Below, piece after piece: positions 1-11,096 of a stretch of 64,000 nucleotides of DNA. The DNA lies in IMG/VR virus record IMGVR_UViG_3300045988_046609; one strand, 5' to 3'. The notes below the pieces were generated by a model, which saw nothing but the letters and a program-made list of their open reading frames with translations, searched no databases and had not been told where the DNA came from. Position 1 is the first letter of the stretch; the number at the start of each line of letters is the position of its first letter. The position numbers and the translations under genes were made by a program. This DNA comes from a virus.

Positions 1-3000
1 AATCCAGTCTATCTGTCTTTAAAAGATGTTAGAGAAAAACATGGCACTAAGGATAATCTAAGAGAATCTGGAGAAGGTTTTGTGGATACTGTTAATAATG
101 CTTTAGCAGATGAAAGAGACGGAGCCATATTTAAAGAATTTGATGACAATCAACTTTAGAATCAAAATGTATTTGTAGCTTTATCTCCTAGATTAATTAA
201 ATCTATAGACAATAGTGGATCGTTCAATCCAAGGTCTGCGAATATATTTGATAAACAAGACTCTCCACTTCAACAACAGTCTATGTCTCAGATAGATGAA
301 GCTATGAAGAGATTTAGAGCTGAACGATACGATTTTGATAAGACATTAGATACGTTAAGACAACTAATAACTAATGCTGTACAAGCACGTATTAAGTCTA
401 TTCAGAATCGTAAGATAGCTAACAAGACTGCTTTATTAGTTCCTTTAGAGCAATAGCTATCTGCCCTCAAGAATCCGAATATCGACTCATTACAGACCAT
501 AGTATACTGTTTATCGGATATAAAGAGAACTATGACTCGTCCAGTTAATGCCATACTTACTGCTCAAAAGAATCTTAGAGAAGGTAGGGATAGTGGATTT
601 AGTAATCTAGCACTAATACAACTTCAATAGGATTATTTTGGTATGTATAATAACGTGCTAGAGGAAATTGCTAGAAATGTATTTGATTCTGACATTTATA
701 AAGACATACTTGGAGCATAGAGTTTCGATCAGATGAAGACTATGATATCCAATATGCGTACTCAATTTGCAGCAGCTAGACAAGGACTTATTGAACTTAC
801 TACGGATTTAGCATAGAAGACTATGTTAAAGTATGGTATTAAAGATGAACAAAGTAGAACAGAATTGGAATAGTATGTAGGAGAGGATCTTATTACTACT
901 GAAAATGATGTTAGTTCTCTAATGAGATGGATAGGGTCTGGAGATAAGATGAACGATAAGGCTGCTAGAGTTATGTTCGATATGATAGCAAACACTAATA
1001 ATAAGACTCGTTTCGCCACTCATAAGTTCGGTAATAAACTATTACGTTTACAGAAACAGATATCTCTGGGAGATCAAATGAGATTGTTCGAGTATGATTC
1101 GGATGGTAAAAAGACTGGTTACTTCATTAGAGATAGAAAGTATGGAGAGTTTCTTAATAATCTTGAGAAAGAACGTAAACGCTTAAAGACTAAATATAAT
1201 GTTCCAGAAGGATAGAATATGCCTTTGGAGAAAGAAGCTAGAACTGCTTTCAATAAGGAGATGAATGACTGGTTGAGTAAACATTGCGAACGTAGATATA
1301 CTAAGAAATATTATGATGCATTTAATTCACTTAGTCAAGAAGCCAGAGATGCTCGAGACGCAATACAATTTAAGATATACAAACTACTGGATGATGTAAG
1401 AGATAGTAGAGGAAAAGTACATCTTGAAAATCTAGACGCTAAACAATGGGCACAATATGAGAACTATAACATATAGAAGAAGCAGTTGATGTCCATGTAC
1501 TATGAAGACGGTACTCCTAAAACTGATTTAGATAAGCAGGTAGCAGAAGAACTTACTGAATTAAACAAGATGCTTCATGAGGGAATGCATTATGTTACCA
1601 ATGAATAGAAGTTCAACGAAGCTAAACGTGAAGCAAAGGAAAATCTTACTCCAGAACAGTATGAAGCATGGAAGAAGAGATATACCAGAGTATAGATTAG
1701 TGATAAATTCTATAAACAACTATCTTAGATAGAGAAGAAAGAATACGGAGATAGGTACATTGAGTTAAAGAAGATAAGAGAAGAGCTTACTAAACCGTAT
1801 AGAAATGAGTATACTGGAGGTATTGATGTACAGTATATGTCATCTACTCTACTGCATACTTTAAATAGTTTGGATAGAGAAATGCGTAAAGAGAGAAAGA
1901 ACGCTCGTAAATCCAAATCTAAGAAAGAAGAAGAGTCTATAGAGGGACTTAAATTCGAAGACATTGCAGAATCAGTGCCTACTGAACAATATAAAAGAGA
2001 TAAGTAGGCAGCTGTAAACAGAGGTATAGAGTTCTATGAACTATGGGAAAATCAGCATCATATCAAATACTACATAGGTGAGAAAGAAGTAATAGTTCCA
2101 AAATGGTACTATACTAAGATAGTTCCAAAGGATGAAAGACTTATAAACTATGAAGCACCTACTAGAGAGTTTAGTGAAATAGATCCTAATTCAGAGTATT
2201 TCAATAGTAAATTCGATGTAAATATTGACGAGTACTATCAACCTAAAGAATCTCTTTACAAGAATAAAGAGTATGATAATTTATTTAAAGTAAAGAAGGA
2301 TAAGAACGGTAATGAAGTAGCTACTAGAAATATACCTCTGTGGAACTTATATAAAGAGTTACTCAATGGTATGGAAACATCTAATGATAAACTTACTTTC
2401 TTGACCAGAAATAATCCATATAAGTTACCACAAATGAGTGGTAGTATGTATCAATATGCTAAAGGAGATGGTATTATAAAAGGATTCTTACAATATACCA
2501 GACAAGGTATAGTAAAAGACGTAGATGATGTAGGTTACGTTGATGCTCCTACAAGTAGACCAGATGGATCTGCTTAGAGAATGATTCCTACTTATTATAT
2601 AAACAAGTTAGACGATCCTAATAAGATTACAAATGACTTAGTTGGTTCTGTTATAGCTTACTTCAAGATGGCTGAAAACTTCAAGAATAAGACAGAGATA
2701 CAACCAGACCTAGAAGTAATAAAGATGTAGATGGCTAATCGTGTATATACTGGAAAACCTATAGGATTAGATGCTCTCAAAAGAAAGATATTTAAGCAGA
2801 GTGATAAGAAAGTAGGTGCTGATACTAATACTTATAAGTTTATAAGTAGGTTTATGGATATGCAATTATATGGAGAAGAATCTAAATCTATACTTAAGAA
2901 ATTTGCAGAGGATAGTAAGATAGGTAAATTCTTTGGATTAGCAGGTAAAGAAGTAAACTTCTCTAAAGTAATCCACAGTATTAAGAACTATGGTCAATTA

Positions 3001-4233
3001 CTTGGATTAGGTCTCAACTTAGCTGTTGGAGCTACAGGTATGGCTACAGCTTTTTTGGCTCAGCTAGGTATGGCCGCTAATGGTAGATATTTCGATTTTT
3101 CTTCTTTTTCCAAGGCATATTTCAATATGGTAAGTAACTTGTTTGGTATAGTATAGTATGCAAAAGATACTACCACTAACAACAAGTATGTGGCATTGAT
3201 GCAGAGATTCGAAATAGGCACAGAATTCTAGAATGCTTTTAGAAACTCTAATAGAATTGGTATAATAAACACGATAAGTAGGAACTGGGCGTTCGGAATT
3301 TTTTCATTTTCTGATTTTGTAATCAAAGGTACTATACTAAATTCGATTATGAATAACTATAGATACTACAATGGAAGATTCTATAATAGTCAATAGTTCA
3401 ATTAGTTATTCTCTAACAAAGAAGATGCAAAAAACATCTGGAGGACTCTATAGAGTACTTATGATATAATTGAAATAGAAAATGGAAATATTGTAATTAG
3501 AGATAAAGCATAGGCTAAAGCTTTTGCTGAAGTATAGAATGAAATTAGTAATAGTGCTAGATCTCTTTCTGCTACAGCTGATGGGCAATTAACAGAAGAA
3601 CAGAAAGCACAATTCGCTTCTAACGCTTTTGGTTCTCTTATAATGATGTTTCGTAATTATATACCGAATATTATTAGTGAAAGAATCACTATGAAAAAAT
3701 AGTATGACTATAATTTAGGTATGGAACGTGAAGCTTTATTAAGAACTATAGGTAGAGTAGTACCTATGTTAATAAAGGATTGGAATAGTCGTAAACAACT
3801 AGATGCATCTGATATAGGAAATATTAGACAATTTAGTTATGAAATGACTATGATTGCTTTATTATCATTTGTAGTTAAACCTTTATTAGTTGAAGTTGCT
3901 GATGATGATCGAGACAATTGGGTTAAAAACTTCTTAGCTCTTCTAGTAACTAGAACTGGATTTGAGTACGGTAACCAATATAATCCTCTAGACTTACTTA
4001 ATACTATTACTTCAGTAAGTTCTATATTCGACATTATGAACCCATTCACTAATCTTATATCACTTAGTGAAATGTGGGAAATTGCTGTTAATAATAAGAA
4101 AATTAAGTATGGAGCTTATAAGGGCGACACAAAATTAGAAAGATGGTTATGGAAAATGACTCCATTTAAGAATGTCAAAGAAATTCAAGATCCCGCAATC
4201 AAACGAAAATATTACGAACAATTATACAAATAA
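1..4233 (+). CDS. Giant late protein, last ~1410 codons (5' end outside window), TAG read as sense; function unknown
   Basis: Track ORFs 922-1215, 1219-1476, 2371-2577, 2731-3156 and 3721-4233 are all in frame 1 and separated only by TAG. My manual translation of frame 1 from nt 1 finds ~22 TAG but no TAA/TGA until TAA 4231-4233. Confidence 0.8.
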
Positions 4234-4237
4234 AAAT

Positions 4238-4263
4238 AAAGGCTACTATTTCTAGTAGCCTTT
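4238..4263. terminator. Bidirectional hairpin terminator between convergent modules
   Basis: Perfect 10-bp stem aaaggctact / agtagccttt with a 6-nt loop. It sits between the + strand stop (4233) and the - strand stop (4286). A-run upstream gives a T-run on the - strand. Confidence 0.7.
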
Positions 4264-4285
4264 ATCGTTTGAAGTGCCTTGGAGG

Positions 4286-4789
4286 TTAGCACTCTTCTGA
4301 CATGTCTTCGAAGGGATCTTCGATAACATCACCAAAAGGTATGACGGATTTTACTTCATGAAATTCATTAGTAAACAACACATTTGGTAGGTTAGTATGA
4401 ATACCATTGAATAACTCAAGTGTTTTACTCATTTCAGATTTACTTAGTTCTGCAGGTCCACCGCTGATTAGTATATCTCTACGAGTTTTAATTTCTTTAG
4501 GTAAAGTAAATACAGCTATTTCATACCATTGGTCATTTATTCGAATCTGACGTAGACTATGAAAATACTTATTCTTTCTTAGCTCGTATTGAAGATTTAA
4601 CAATGCTTTTATTGTTGTTTCTCTATACATCACAAATAAGTTATCACAGAAATAAGGTTCATCTGGATAATCTGTATATACATTTACAAGATTTTCGTTT
4701 ACTAACTTCTTATTGTCTATCACTAAGTGCAACAAACAAGCTGTTGCTTCATTTAAGTTCTTCAGTTCCATTTCCTTCGTAATATTCAC
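4286..4789 (-). CDS. Hypothetical protein (167 aa)
   Basis: Uninterrupted ORF, TAA stop, overlaps the upstream gene end in operon style. Confidence 0.6.
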   Translation of the reverse strand: MNITKEMELKNLNEATACLLHLVIDNKKLVNENLVNVYTDYPDEPYFCDNLFVMYRETTIKALLNLQYELRKNKYFHSLRQIRINDQWYEIAVFTLPKEIKTRRDILISGGPAELSKSEMSKTLELFNGIHTNLPNVLFTNEFHEVKSVIPFGDVIEDPFEDMSEEC

Positions 4790-5723
4790 GAGTATGGTCC
4801 CAATTTCCCGTTTGATAGTGATATGAAATTTCTGTTAAAGCATTTGCTATTAGGTCTTTGCGGTCCAATAACTCTTTTTCATTTAACATATTAAATACTC
4901 TTACTCCGTTATTACCATTGCTTTGAATTGCAATAATGTATGCTTCTAAATCAAATTCCTCTATATTATATCCTAGATCAGACATATACCATGTAAGAGC
5001 TAAAATATAGAATGCAATTTGTCTATAGTAGTCATATTCTTCTACAGAATGCTTAAAATTATAAACATCTGCTGTAGTTTTTAAGTCTATAAGGATTATC
5101 TTCTTATTAACAAAATCAATTTTAACTCTATCTAATAAGGACTTACAAGATACTCCTTGTTTTGTTGCTTCCCAGTTTATATGAAACTCATTATTACAGT
5201 CCCAACCAGGATTATTTGTAAGTAAATCTTTTGCTTTTTTATGATTATTAATATTCTCTTCTATTCGTTTAAGCATATTTAAATCAGCAAATGATATTAC
5301 TGTAAATGTTTGATCTTTATCTAAAAATTCAATATACTCTGCAAACTTGAGTTGTAACTCTTTTGCTTTCTTTAACATGGCATCTTTAGACATATTATTG
5401 CCAGAGTATGCAGATTTATATGCATCTAGTAATTTATCTTCTTCTAATAATTCTGTAGAATGAAAATAACGTTCACAAAATGCAATCTGCTGTGCTGTTT
5501 TAGGCTTCTCATAGTCAATAATCATATAATTATGCCAGAATTCATCTGGCTGAAGTAAGTACATGTGTATCATAGTACCTTTTTCAAGATACTTTCCACT
5601 TATACCTTCTTCTTTACCGTCAAGCATATCCTTGAGGTAACGTGGTCCTTTTTTCAAGAACCACCCTATTGCTGAATTTGATATTCGCGTGTTATCTTCA
5701 TAATACGGAATTTCTATTTTCAT
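4749..5723 (-). CDS. PD-(D/E)XK (RecB/Cas4-like) nuclease
   Basis: 324-aa ORF with motifs KIILIDLKTT (D..D/ExK-type core) and YYRQIAFY (QxxxY). Confidence 0.6.
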   Translation of the reverse strand: MKIEIPYYEDNTRISNSAIGWFLKKGPRYLKDMLDGKEEGISGKYLEKGTMIHMYLLQPDEFWHNYMIIDYEKPKTAQQIAFCERYFHSTELLEEDKLLDAYKSAYSGNNMSKDAMLKKAKELQLKFAEYIEFLDKDQTFTVISFADLNMLKRIEENINNHKKAKDLLTNNPGWDCNNEFHINWEATKQGVSCKSLLDRVKIDFVNKKIILIDLKTTADVYNFKHSVEEYDYYRQIAFYILALTWYMSDLGYNIEEFDLEAYIIAIQSNGNNGVRVFNMLNEKELLDRKDLIANALTEISYHYQTGNWDHTREYYEGNGTEELK

Positions 5724-6595
5724 GCTGCTTCTTCTAATTCTACTTTAGGAGTATCTTCTTCCTCATCATAATCACTACAGAAACTTCCAGAAGTATCCCA
5801 TTCATTATTGTCTTCTCCTAGAGCTTCTATAAACTCTTTCTGCATATCAAGAAAAGTATTACACTCTTCTAGAGTAAGAGGTTTATTTCCATTTAGTTTA
5901 AAGTAGTCTCTTATAACAAGTTTTAAGTACTCTATAAATTCAGTTTTTAATGTAATTTCTTCTTGTGTCATAAAATCTAATGTTACTATATTTAAATCCT
6001 TTTTAAAGTTATAACTATTATCTAATATAGAACAGTTATATTTTCTGTGATTTTTATTAGATACTCCTTCATGCCAATGTCCAAATAAATGAATTTTGGC
6101 TTTACCAAAAGTATAATGACCTAATGCATTATTGTAATTAGGATTATCATGAGTAATTAGTATATCACATTTTGGTATCTTATTATATAGTTCATTATCT
6201 TGCAATTCAAATGCCCACCTTCCTTGCTGAAACAAAATAGGGTTTATCCATGGTGTTCCGTAGAAACTAATTCCTTTATAAGTATAAGACTCATCAATAA
6301 GCATTTCTACTTTATCATTAGTTATAGCTCTCATAAGTGCTTTAACTACTTCCCATGTTCCTTCAATATACATTCTTTCAAGATAGAAATCATGATTTCC
6401 AGGTACTATTATTACTTTATTGCACGGTAAATTATTTATCCATTTAATAAAGTCTTCAGTAAACCATTTATCAGATTCTTTTATATCTCTCTGAATATTT
6501 AAAGGAACTATATCACCACAAATGCACAATACATCGCACTTAGGAATCTCATTATATAGATTCCCGTGTATATCACTAATTCCACATATTTTCAT
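5720..6595 (-). CDS. Calcineurin-like metallophosphoesterase
   Basis: Motifs GISDIHGN, CGDIV, VPGNHD, ITHDNP and GHWHEG occur in canonical order. Confidence 0.85.
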   Translation of the reverse strand: MKICGISDIHGNLYNEIPKCDVLCICGDIVPLNIQRDIKESDKWFTEDFIKWINNLPCNKVIIVPGNHDFYLERMYIEGTWEVVKALMRAITNDKVEMLIDESYTYKGISFYGTPWINPILFQQGRWAFELQDNELYNKIPKCDILITHDNPNYNNALGHYTFGKAKIHLFGHWHEGVSNKNHRKYNCSILDNSYNFKKDLNIVTLDFMTQEEITLKTEFIEYLKLVIRDYFKLNGNKPLTLEECNTFLDMQKEFIEALGEDNNEWDTSGSFCSDYDEEEDTPKVELEEAA

Positions 6596-6646
6596 ATTGT
6601 AAGAATTTAGTAAGTTTATAAATAAGTATTGAATAAAATAGTATCA

Positions 6647-7495
6647 TTAGGATAGATCTTCAATTATTTCATCCTCATTAGAAATATTAGTTCCTGTTCT
6701 TATTACTCCATTTAAGCTAAGATTCATATCTTTAGCTAATTCATCTAATGGAATATCTTCGAAGAGAACAACTTCATCTAAGAATGCTGAAATATTATCA
6801 AATGATTTAACTTCCATATGCTCGACAATGAAGTTCACGACTTCATCTATATTCTTTATTCCTTTATCTTCTGCCATACAGCGTACAAATGCAGAATTAG
6901 AGTTTGCTTTGTATTCTTTAAAATAACGAACACGTGAACAACGATCAAAGAAGTTATCGTCTATCTGATCTGTTTTGTTACAGGTCATCAATACTAGTTT
7001 TTTAGATGTAGCTTCCACACCGTCTAAGAATCCTAATAGATCCTTAGTTTCCCACCAATAAGTGTTTTTTTCAATCTCATCAAACATAACTGCTACAGGA
7101 GTAGTAAAATGTTTAAAGAAACTAGTAAGTTTATTAGCAGGGTAGTCGTTTGCGACTATGATAATAGGTAAATTACTTTCTAGGGCAATACGTTTAGAGA
7201 GCATTGTTTTGCCTGTACCTTTAGTACCTGCAAGTAATATACCGGTTGTCTTTCCAGAATTATCAGAATTAAAATAACTTAATACACGTTTGATAAATTT
7301 ATTATCTTCTTCTAGTTTGTATAATTTCTTTGGCATGTTCAAATCACCATTTTCTTTGAGATAAGATCTACCTTGCATTCTATCATACTCTAGATCGTAT
7401 ACTTTGTTACTTATGAGTTCATAAGAAATACCTTCTAACTTAGGTTTAACTGTAATCTCATTTCCGATCTTAATAAATTCTGCCATAATATTCAT
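6647..7495 (-). CDS. AAA+ ATPase
   Basis: Walker A LLAGTKGTGKTML and Walker B VAVMFDEIEK. Confidence 0.8.
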   Translation of the reverse strand: MNIMAEFIKIGNEITVKPKLEGISYELISNKVYDLEYDRMQGRSYLKENGDLNMPKKLYKLEEDNKFIKRVLSYFNSDNSGKTTGILLAGTKGTGKTMLSKRIALESNLPIIIVANDYPANKLTSFFKHFTTPVAVMFDEIEKNTYWWETKDLLGFLDGVEATSKKLVLMTCNKTDQIDDNFFDRCSRVRYFKEYKANSNSAFVRCMAEDKGIKNIDEVVNFIVEHMEVKSFDNISAFLDEVVLFEDIPLDELAKDMNLSLNGVIRTGTNISNEDEIIEDLS

Positions 7496-7498
7496 TTT

Positions 7499-7946
7499 TT
7501 ATGTTTTCAACTTGCTGATTAACTCATCAACTTGTTTCTGTGTATGTACCACATAAAACGCTGTATTAGGTTCATGTGTGTACAAATAGTAGTTAAATAA
7601 CTTTTCACGCAAAGCCCATGTATCATTTGGATAGCCTTTGCATTCAATAATAAACTTATCACCTACAAAATCAGGTTTATAAGTTATTGCCCTATATTTC
7701 TTATCACCAAAAGTAAAAGCTGGAAGCAGTTCGTATCGTTGAGTTTCATACTCAGCTTTAATATTTGACTCTTCCAGCTTCTTATATGTATATGTCTCAA
7801 GTTTGCTTTTAAACCTAATACCATTATACTCATTTGGTGTTGCATTGCGAATTTTGCTTTCGCTAGGCTTATTTCTTTTCCTCTACGTCATTAGTAATAT
7901 TAGATTTTCTGGAAATAGTTTTCCTTTCTGCGGTGAACCATATCAT
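7499..7946 (-). CDS. T7 endonuclease I-like Holliday junction resolvase, reading frame disrupted (frameshift or TAG at codon 3)
   Basis: Not in the ORF track. The minus frame ending at TAA (7499-7501) encodes ...FKSKLETYTYKKLEESNIKAEYE...ITYKPDFVGDKFIIECKG..., the endonuclease I YxPDF...ExKG pattern. The only in-frame ATG (7889-7891) is followed by ACG then TAG. A 25-codon ORF that starts in an ATGA overlap with the primase stop (ATG 7944-7946) is in the +1-related frame. Confidence 0.6.
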
Positions 7947-8941
7947 TTGTTAATATTTTTAGTTAACCAATTTTTTACTTTTTCAAATCCATTAGCTTTA
8001 ATAGCATCAGATATATCCTTTGCCTTAAATTTCTTATGGATTAACATACCTTCTAAGCCTGTTTTTTGACTCATTTTACGAAGATATTTTACTCCAGCTC
8101 TGTCACGATCAAATAATATAATAATGCGCTTAAAACGCTTCTTAAGTCTATCTAATACCTTTTCAGGTATAAAGGTTGATTCTGAAGACGGAGATATTGC
8201 TGGTATTCCCATTTCGTATAAACACATGACGTCTTTCATACTCTTTGTAATAATGAGTATATCTCCAGTCTTAGGTAACTGTTTATAACCTTGAATATCT
8301 AATTCAGTTAGGTTATTACGCCATTTTGTATATTTGTCGGCTAAAGGTTTATATATCTTAAAATGATTATAAACTTTATATGCATACATTGGATTATCTT
8401 CTTTGTAAACGCTTTTTACTATGCCGTTGCATAGGTAGTACTTTATACTACTTACTCCAAACTTCTTTAAAGTATCTACCGTAATATTAAACTGCTTCCA
8501 GTAATTGATGTCAGTATCAGTGAAATTCTGACGTACTACACCAATTACTGTTTCAGTTGACGGTATATATTGCTTAGAGCTAACTAATTGCGTATCTTTA
8601 GTAATTTTAAGTTTCTGAATAATATCCTTAAGTATATCATTATAATTTGTTAATCCAGTATAAATACTTACAAATTTAATAACGTTACCGCATTCTCCAG
8701 TTCCATGATCTTTAAACATTAACTGTTTACTAGTTCTACTATAGAAACATCCAAATGATGGGTTTCTATCTTTACGAAACGGACTATTGTAAATCATCCC
8801 TACTTTAAAATTACCTATATACGCAGCATATATATCATACTCCGTTACTTTAGAAAGTATATAATCTAAAGTAATATTATCATCATCGTTTATTATTTTC
8901 GTTGTATCGTAAGTCATATGATATATTTTTAGTAGGAGCAT
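7943..8941 (-). CDS. DNA primase (DnaG/Toprim-like)
   Basis: 332-aa ORF with Toprim-like ILIITKSMKDVM and IIILFDRDRAG motifs, located in the replication cluster. Confidence 0.5.
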   Translation of the reverse strand: MLLLKIYHMTYDTTKIINDDDNITLDYILSKVTEYDIYAAYIGNFKVGMIYNSPFRKDRNPSFGCFYSRTSKQLMFKDHGTGECGNVIKFVSIYTGLTNYNDILKDIIQKLKITKDTQLVSSKQYIPSTETVIGVVRQNFTDTDINYWKQFNITVDTLKKFGVSSIKYYLCNGIVKSVYKEDNPMYAYKVYNHFKIYKPLADKYTKWRNNLTELDIQGYKQLPKTGDILIITKSMKDVMCLYEMGIPAISPSSESTFIPEKVLDRLKKRFKRIIILFDRDRAGVKYLRKMSQKTGLEGMLIHKKFKAKDISDAIKANGFEKVKNWLTKNINK

Positions 8942-9136
8942 AGAGATTCGAACTCTATAATAAATAAGAAATATATCTTTTTCTTATTTATACCATATTT
9001 CTGAATATCAGAAACTCCTATTTAAAAACGTAGGTTGTGCACTATTGTGTGTCACTCATTTTTTCATAGTGCGGTGCACTAACCTACGTATTCCTAGCTT
9101 ATGCTCTAGGTAGCTACTGTTATTTTATTTTCTTCT

Positions 9137-9739
9137 TTAAAAAGGAAGATCACCTGTTGGATCAAAAGATGTTTCCATTAGAGGATTAGTATCCTTAGTT
9201 TCTACATCTGCTATTACAGGTTTAGTAAATTGGTCTATACTCAATTCTGCAATTTTACTCTTTTCTCCTTCAGGAAGATTCATTGGTTCAATAAAAGTAA
9301 ACTTACAATAATTAGGCAATGTAGTATATCCCTTTTTATTATATACTATCTTTACTCTAAGTAAAATATTCTTGTTTGCTGCATTTAGCATCATAGCAAC
9401 CCAATCAACAAAGTCTTTATAAGAAGAACCAGCAAATACTAGTGCCTCTTTAGGATAGAAACATTCAAGAATTTGCATAATTCTTTTAACTTGTTTACTA
9501 CCTCTAGTTTGACATTCCTCATCAGACTCTCCAGGTTTCTTAGTAGATTCCCATTCTGTATGAGTTAAATCTTGTCCTTCTTTAGTAAATTTTACTTCAA
9601 GAAAGATATTTCCGTTAATAGACTTGTCAACTTTTGCTCCTACAAGCTGTACGTCTTCATGAATACCTGCTTCTAAGTATTTACTTTTTAAAACGTCTGT
9701 AGTCTCTATTTTGTTTGCTAATTCTGTGCTATAAATCAT
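9137..9739 (-). CDS. Putative ssDNA-binding protein
   Basis: 200-aa ORF between primase and recombination ATPase. The acidic C-terminus ends in DLPF, resembling the SSB C-terminal DDDIPF tip. Confidence 0.4.
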   Translation of the reverse strand: MIYSTELANKIETTDVLKSKYLEAGIHEDVQLVGAKVDKSINGNIFLEVKFTKEGQDLTHTEWESTKKPGESDEECQTRGSKQVKRIMQILECFYPKEALVFAGSSYKDFVDWVAMMLNAANKNILLRVKIVYNKKGYTTLPNYCKFTFIEPMNLPEGEKSKIAELSIDQFTKPVIADVETKDTNPLMETSFDPTGDLPF

Positions 9740-9753
9740 AACTTAATCATTTT

Positions 9754-10494
9754 TTATTCAGGTAAATAAATTTTGTCCCAATAAGTAGTAATTACATTAT
9801 CTGCATCACTTTCTGCTACTACTATATTCTTTCCTCTTAGATGAGGTGCTCTTGCTTCTCTTACAGAATTATCTCCTCCTTCAAAAGAAATATGAGTTTC
9901 ATTCTTCTTTCTATATACATAGCCTACTGCATCCGCTTCACCACATATAATATTTGCAAGTTTACCTACTAAATCAAGAGACATTTCAGATAATTCTTCT
10001 CCTTCTTTATTAATCATCTTATCTTTTAAGTGACCAATTAAGATTAAATTATCGCATAGTTCTTTAAACATATCTATTACTTTTCTTACAGCTTGTTGTA
10101 AATATAAGTAACCAGATCCATTTGGCAGTGTTCTAACATCAGAACCAGTATAACCTTTCCCCATTGGAGTAGCCTTATACAATTGTACTGCAAAACTCAT
10201 GCACATTTCTTCTAATCTAGAAGCATTATCTATAGTAATATACTTATAAGGTTTCTTACCTGTTTGTTTAATTTCTTCTTTAATAGCACTAGCTATATCT
10301 CCTAAATCCTTTACGGATCTAGCTTGTACAGCTAATGCTTCCAAAAACTCTGATCCTCCTTCTAAGTCTATAATTAGATTGTTGTCTAATCTAGATACTA
10401 AAGTAGTTTTACCAGCTTTTGGTTTGCCAAATAGTATTAAAAATCTAGGATTTTCTACCTTGGCTTTTATCTTTTCTTTTGGTAATACAATCAT
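9754..10494 (-). CDS. Sak4-like / AAA_24 RecA-fold ATPase
   Basis: Walker A LILFGKPKAGKTTLVS and LILIGHLKDK segment. Confidence 0.55.
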   Translation of the reverse strand: MIVLPKEKIKAKVENPRFLILFGKPKAGKTTLVSRLDNNLIIDLEGGSEFLEALAVQARSVKDLGDIASAIKEEIKQTGKKPYKYITIDNASRLEEMCMSFAVQLYKATPMGKGYTGSDVRTLPNGSGYLYLQQAVRKVIDMFKELCDNLILIGHLKDKMINKEGEELSEMSLDLVGKLANIICGEADAVGYVYRKKNETHISFEGGDNSVREARAPHLRGKNIVVAESDADNVITTYWDKIYLPE

Positions 10495-10517
10495 AAAGCT
10501 TATTTATGTTATATTCC

Positions 10518-10550
10518 TCTGATAAGTTTCTGATAAGTTTCTGATATATG
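10518..10550. repeat. Three tandem 11-bp units tctgataagtt / tctgataagtt / tctgatatatg
   Basis: Read directly in the intergenic region upstream (minus sense) of the ATPase start at 10494. Confidence 0.8.
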
Positions 10551-10564
10551 GAATAATTATTTTA

Positions 10565-11080
10565 TTAGAATAAACCACGATTTTTAATCTTAATCGTGAT
10601 ATTGATAATAGTTTTCTTAGTTTTAGGTTTCAAATGGTTTAATGAACCTGGCATGATTGGAATAATATCGTATCCAATCTGTACGAAATTATCGAAGATC
10701 TTAATAGGAGTACCAAATTCGTCTTCAAAGTCATAATCTTTCTCAAACGGATAGTTTTCTTTAGCAAATATATCAAGAGCATTAATTGCTTTAAAGAATT
10801 CTTTCTCAAGATCGAAATTAATAGTATCTTCGTTCCAACACTTAAACGGGCAGTTAGCACATTCTTTAGGAAGCCAGCTAACTTTATGAGTATTGCTCAA
10901 CCCAAGAGTAATAATATCTCCTGCAGATGCATACTCTACACCATTATTAGAATATGGATAATCAAATTTACTATCTACTGTCAACCAAGGGTAGGCAGTG
11001 ATTACTCGTTTCAACAAATTATCTTTATAAATTTTTGCAGTATCTTCTTTCTTCGGTAATGTAATTGTATATGTTTTCAT
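10565..11080 (-). CDS. Hypothetical protein (171 aa from internal ATG)
   Basis: Track ORF 10565-11155. Start trimmed to MKTYTITLP (ATG 11078-11080), which lies downstream of the helicase stop at 11097. Confidence 0.55.
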   Translation of the reverse strand: MKTYTITLPKKEDTAKIYKDNLLKRVITAYPWLTVDSKFDYPYSNNGVEYASAGDIITLGLSNTHKVSWLPKECANCPFKCWNEDTINFDLEKEFFKAINALDIFAKENYPFEKDYDFEDEFGTPIKIFDNFVQIGYDIIPIMPGSLNHLKPKTKKTIINITIKIKNRGLF

Positions 11081-11096
11081 AATTTTCAGCCTTTTT

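Noticed and set aside
8941-8960. T-arm-like hairpin tagag-attcgaa-ctcta immediately upstream of the primase start
   Set aside because: Only a 5-bp stem with a TTCGAAT-like loop is present. There is no acceptor or D arm nearby, and the adjacent sequence is the primase start codon region.
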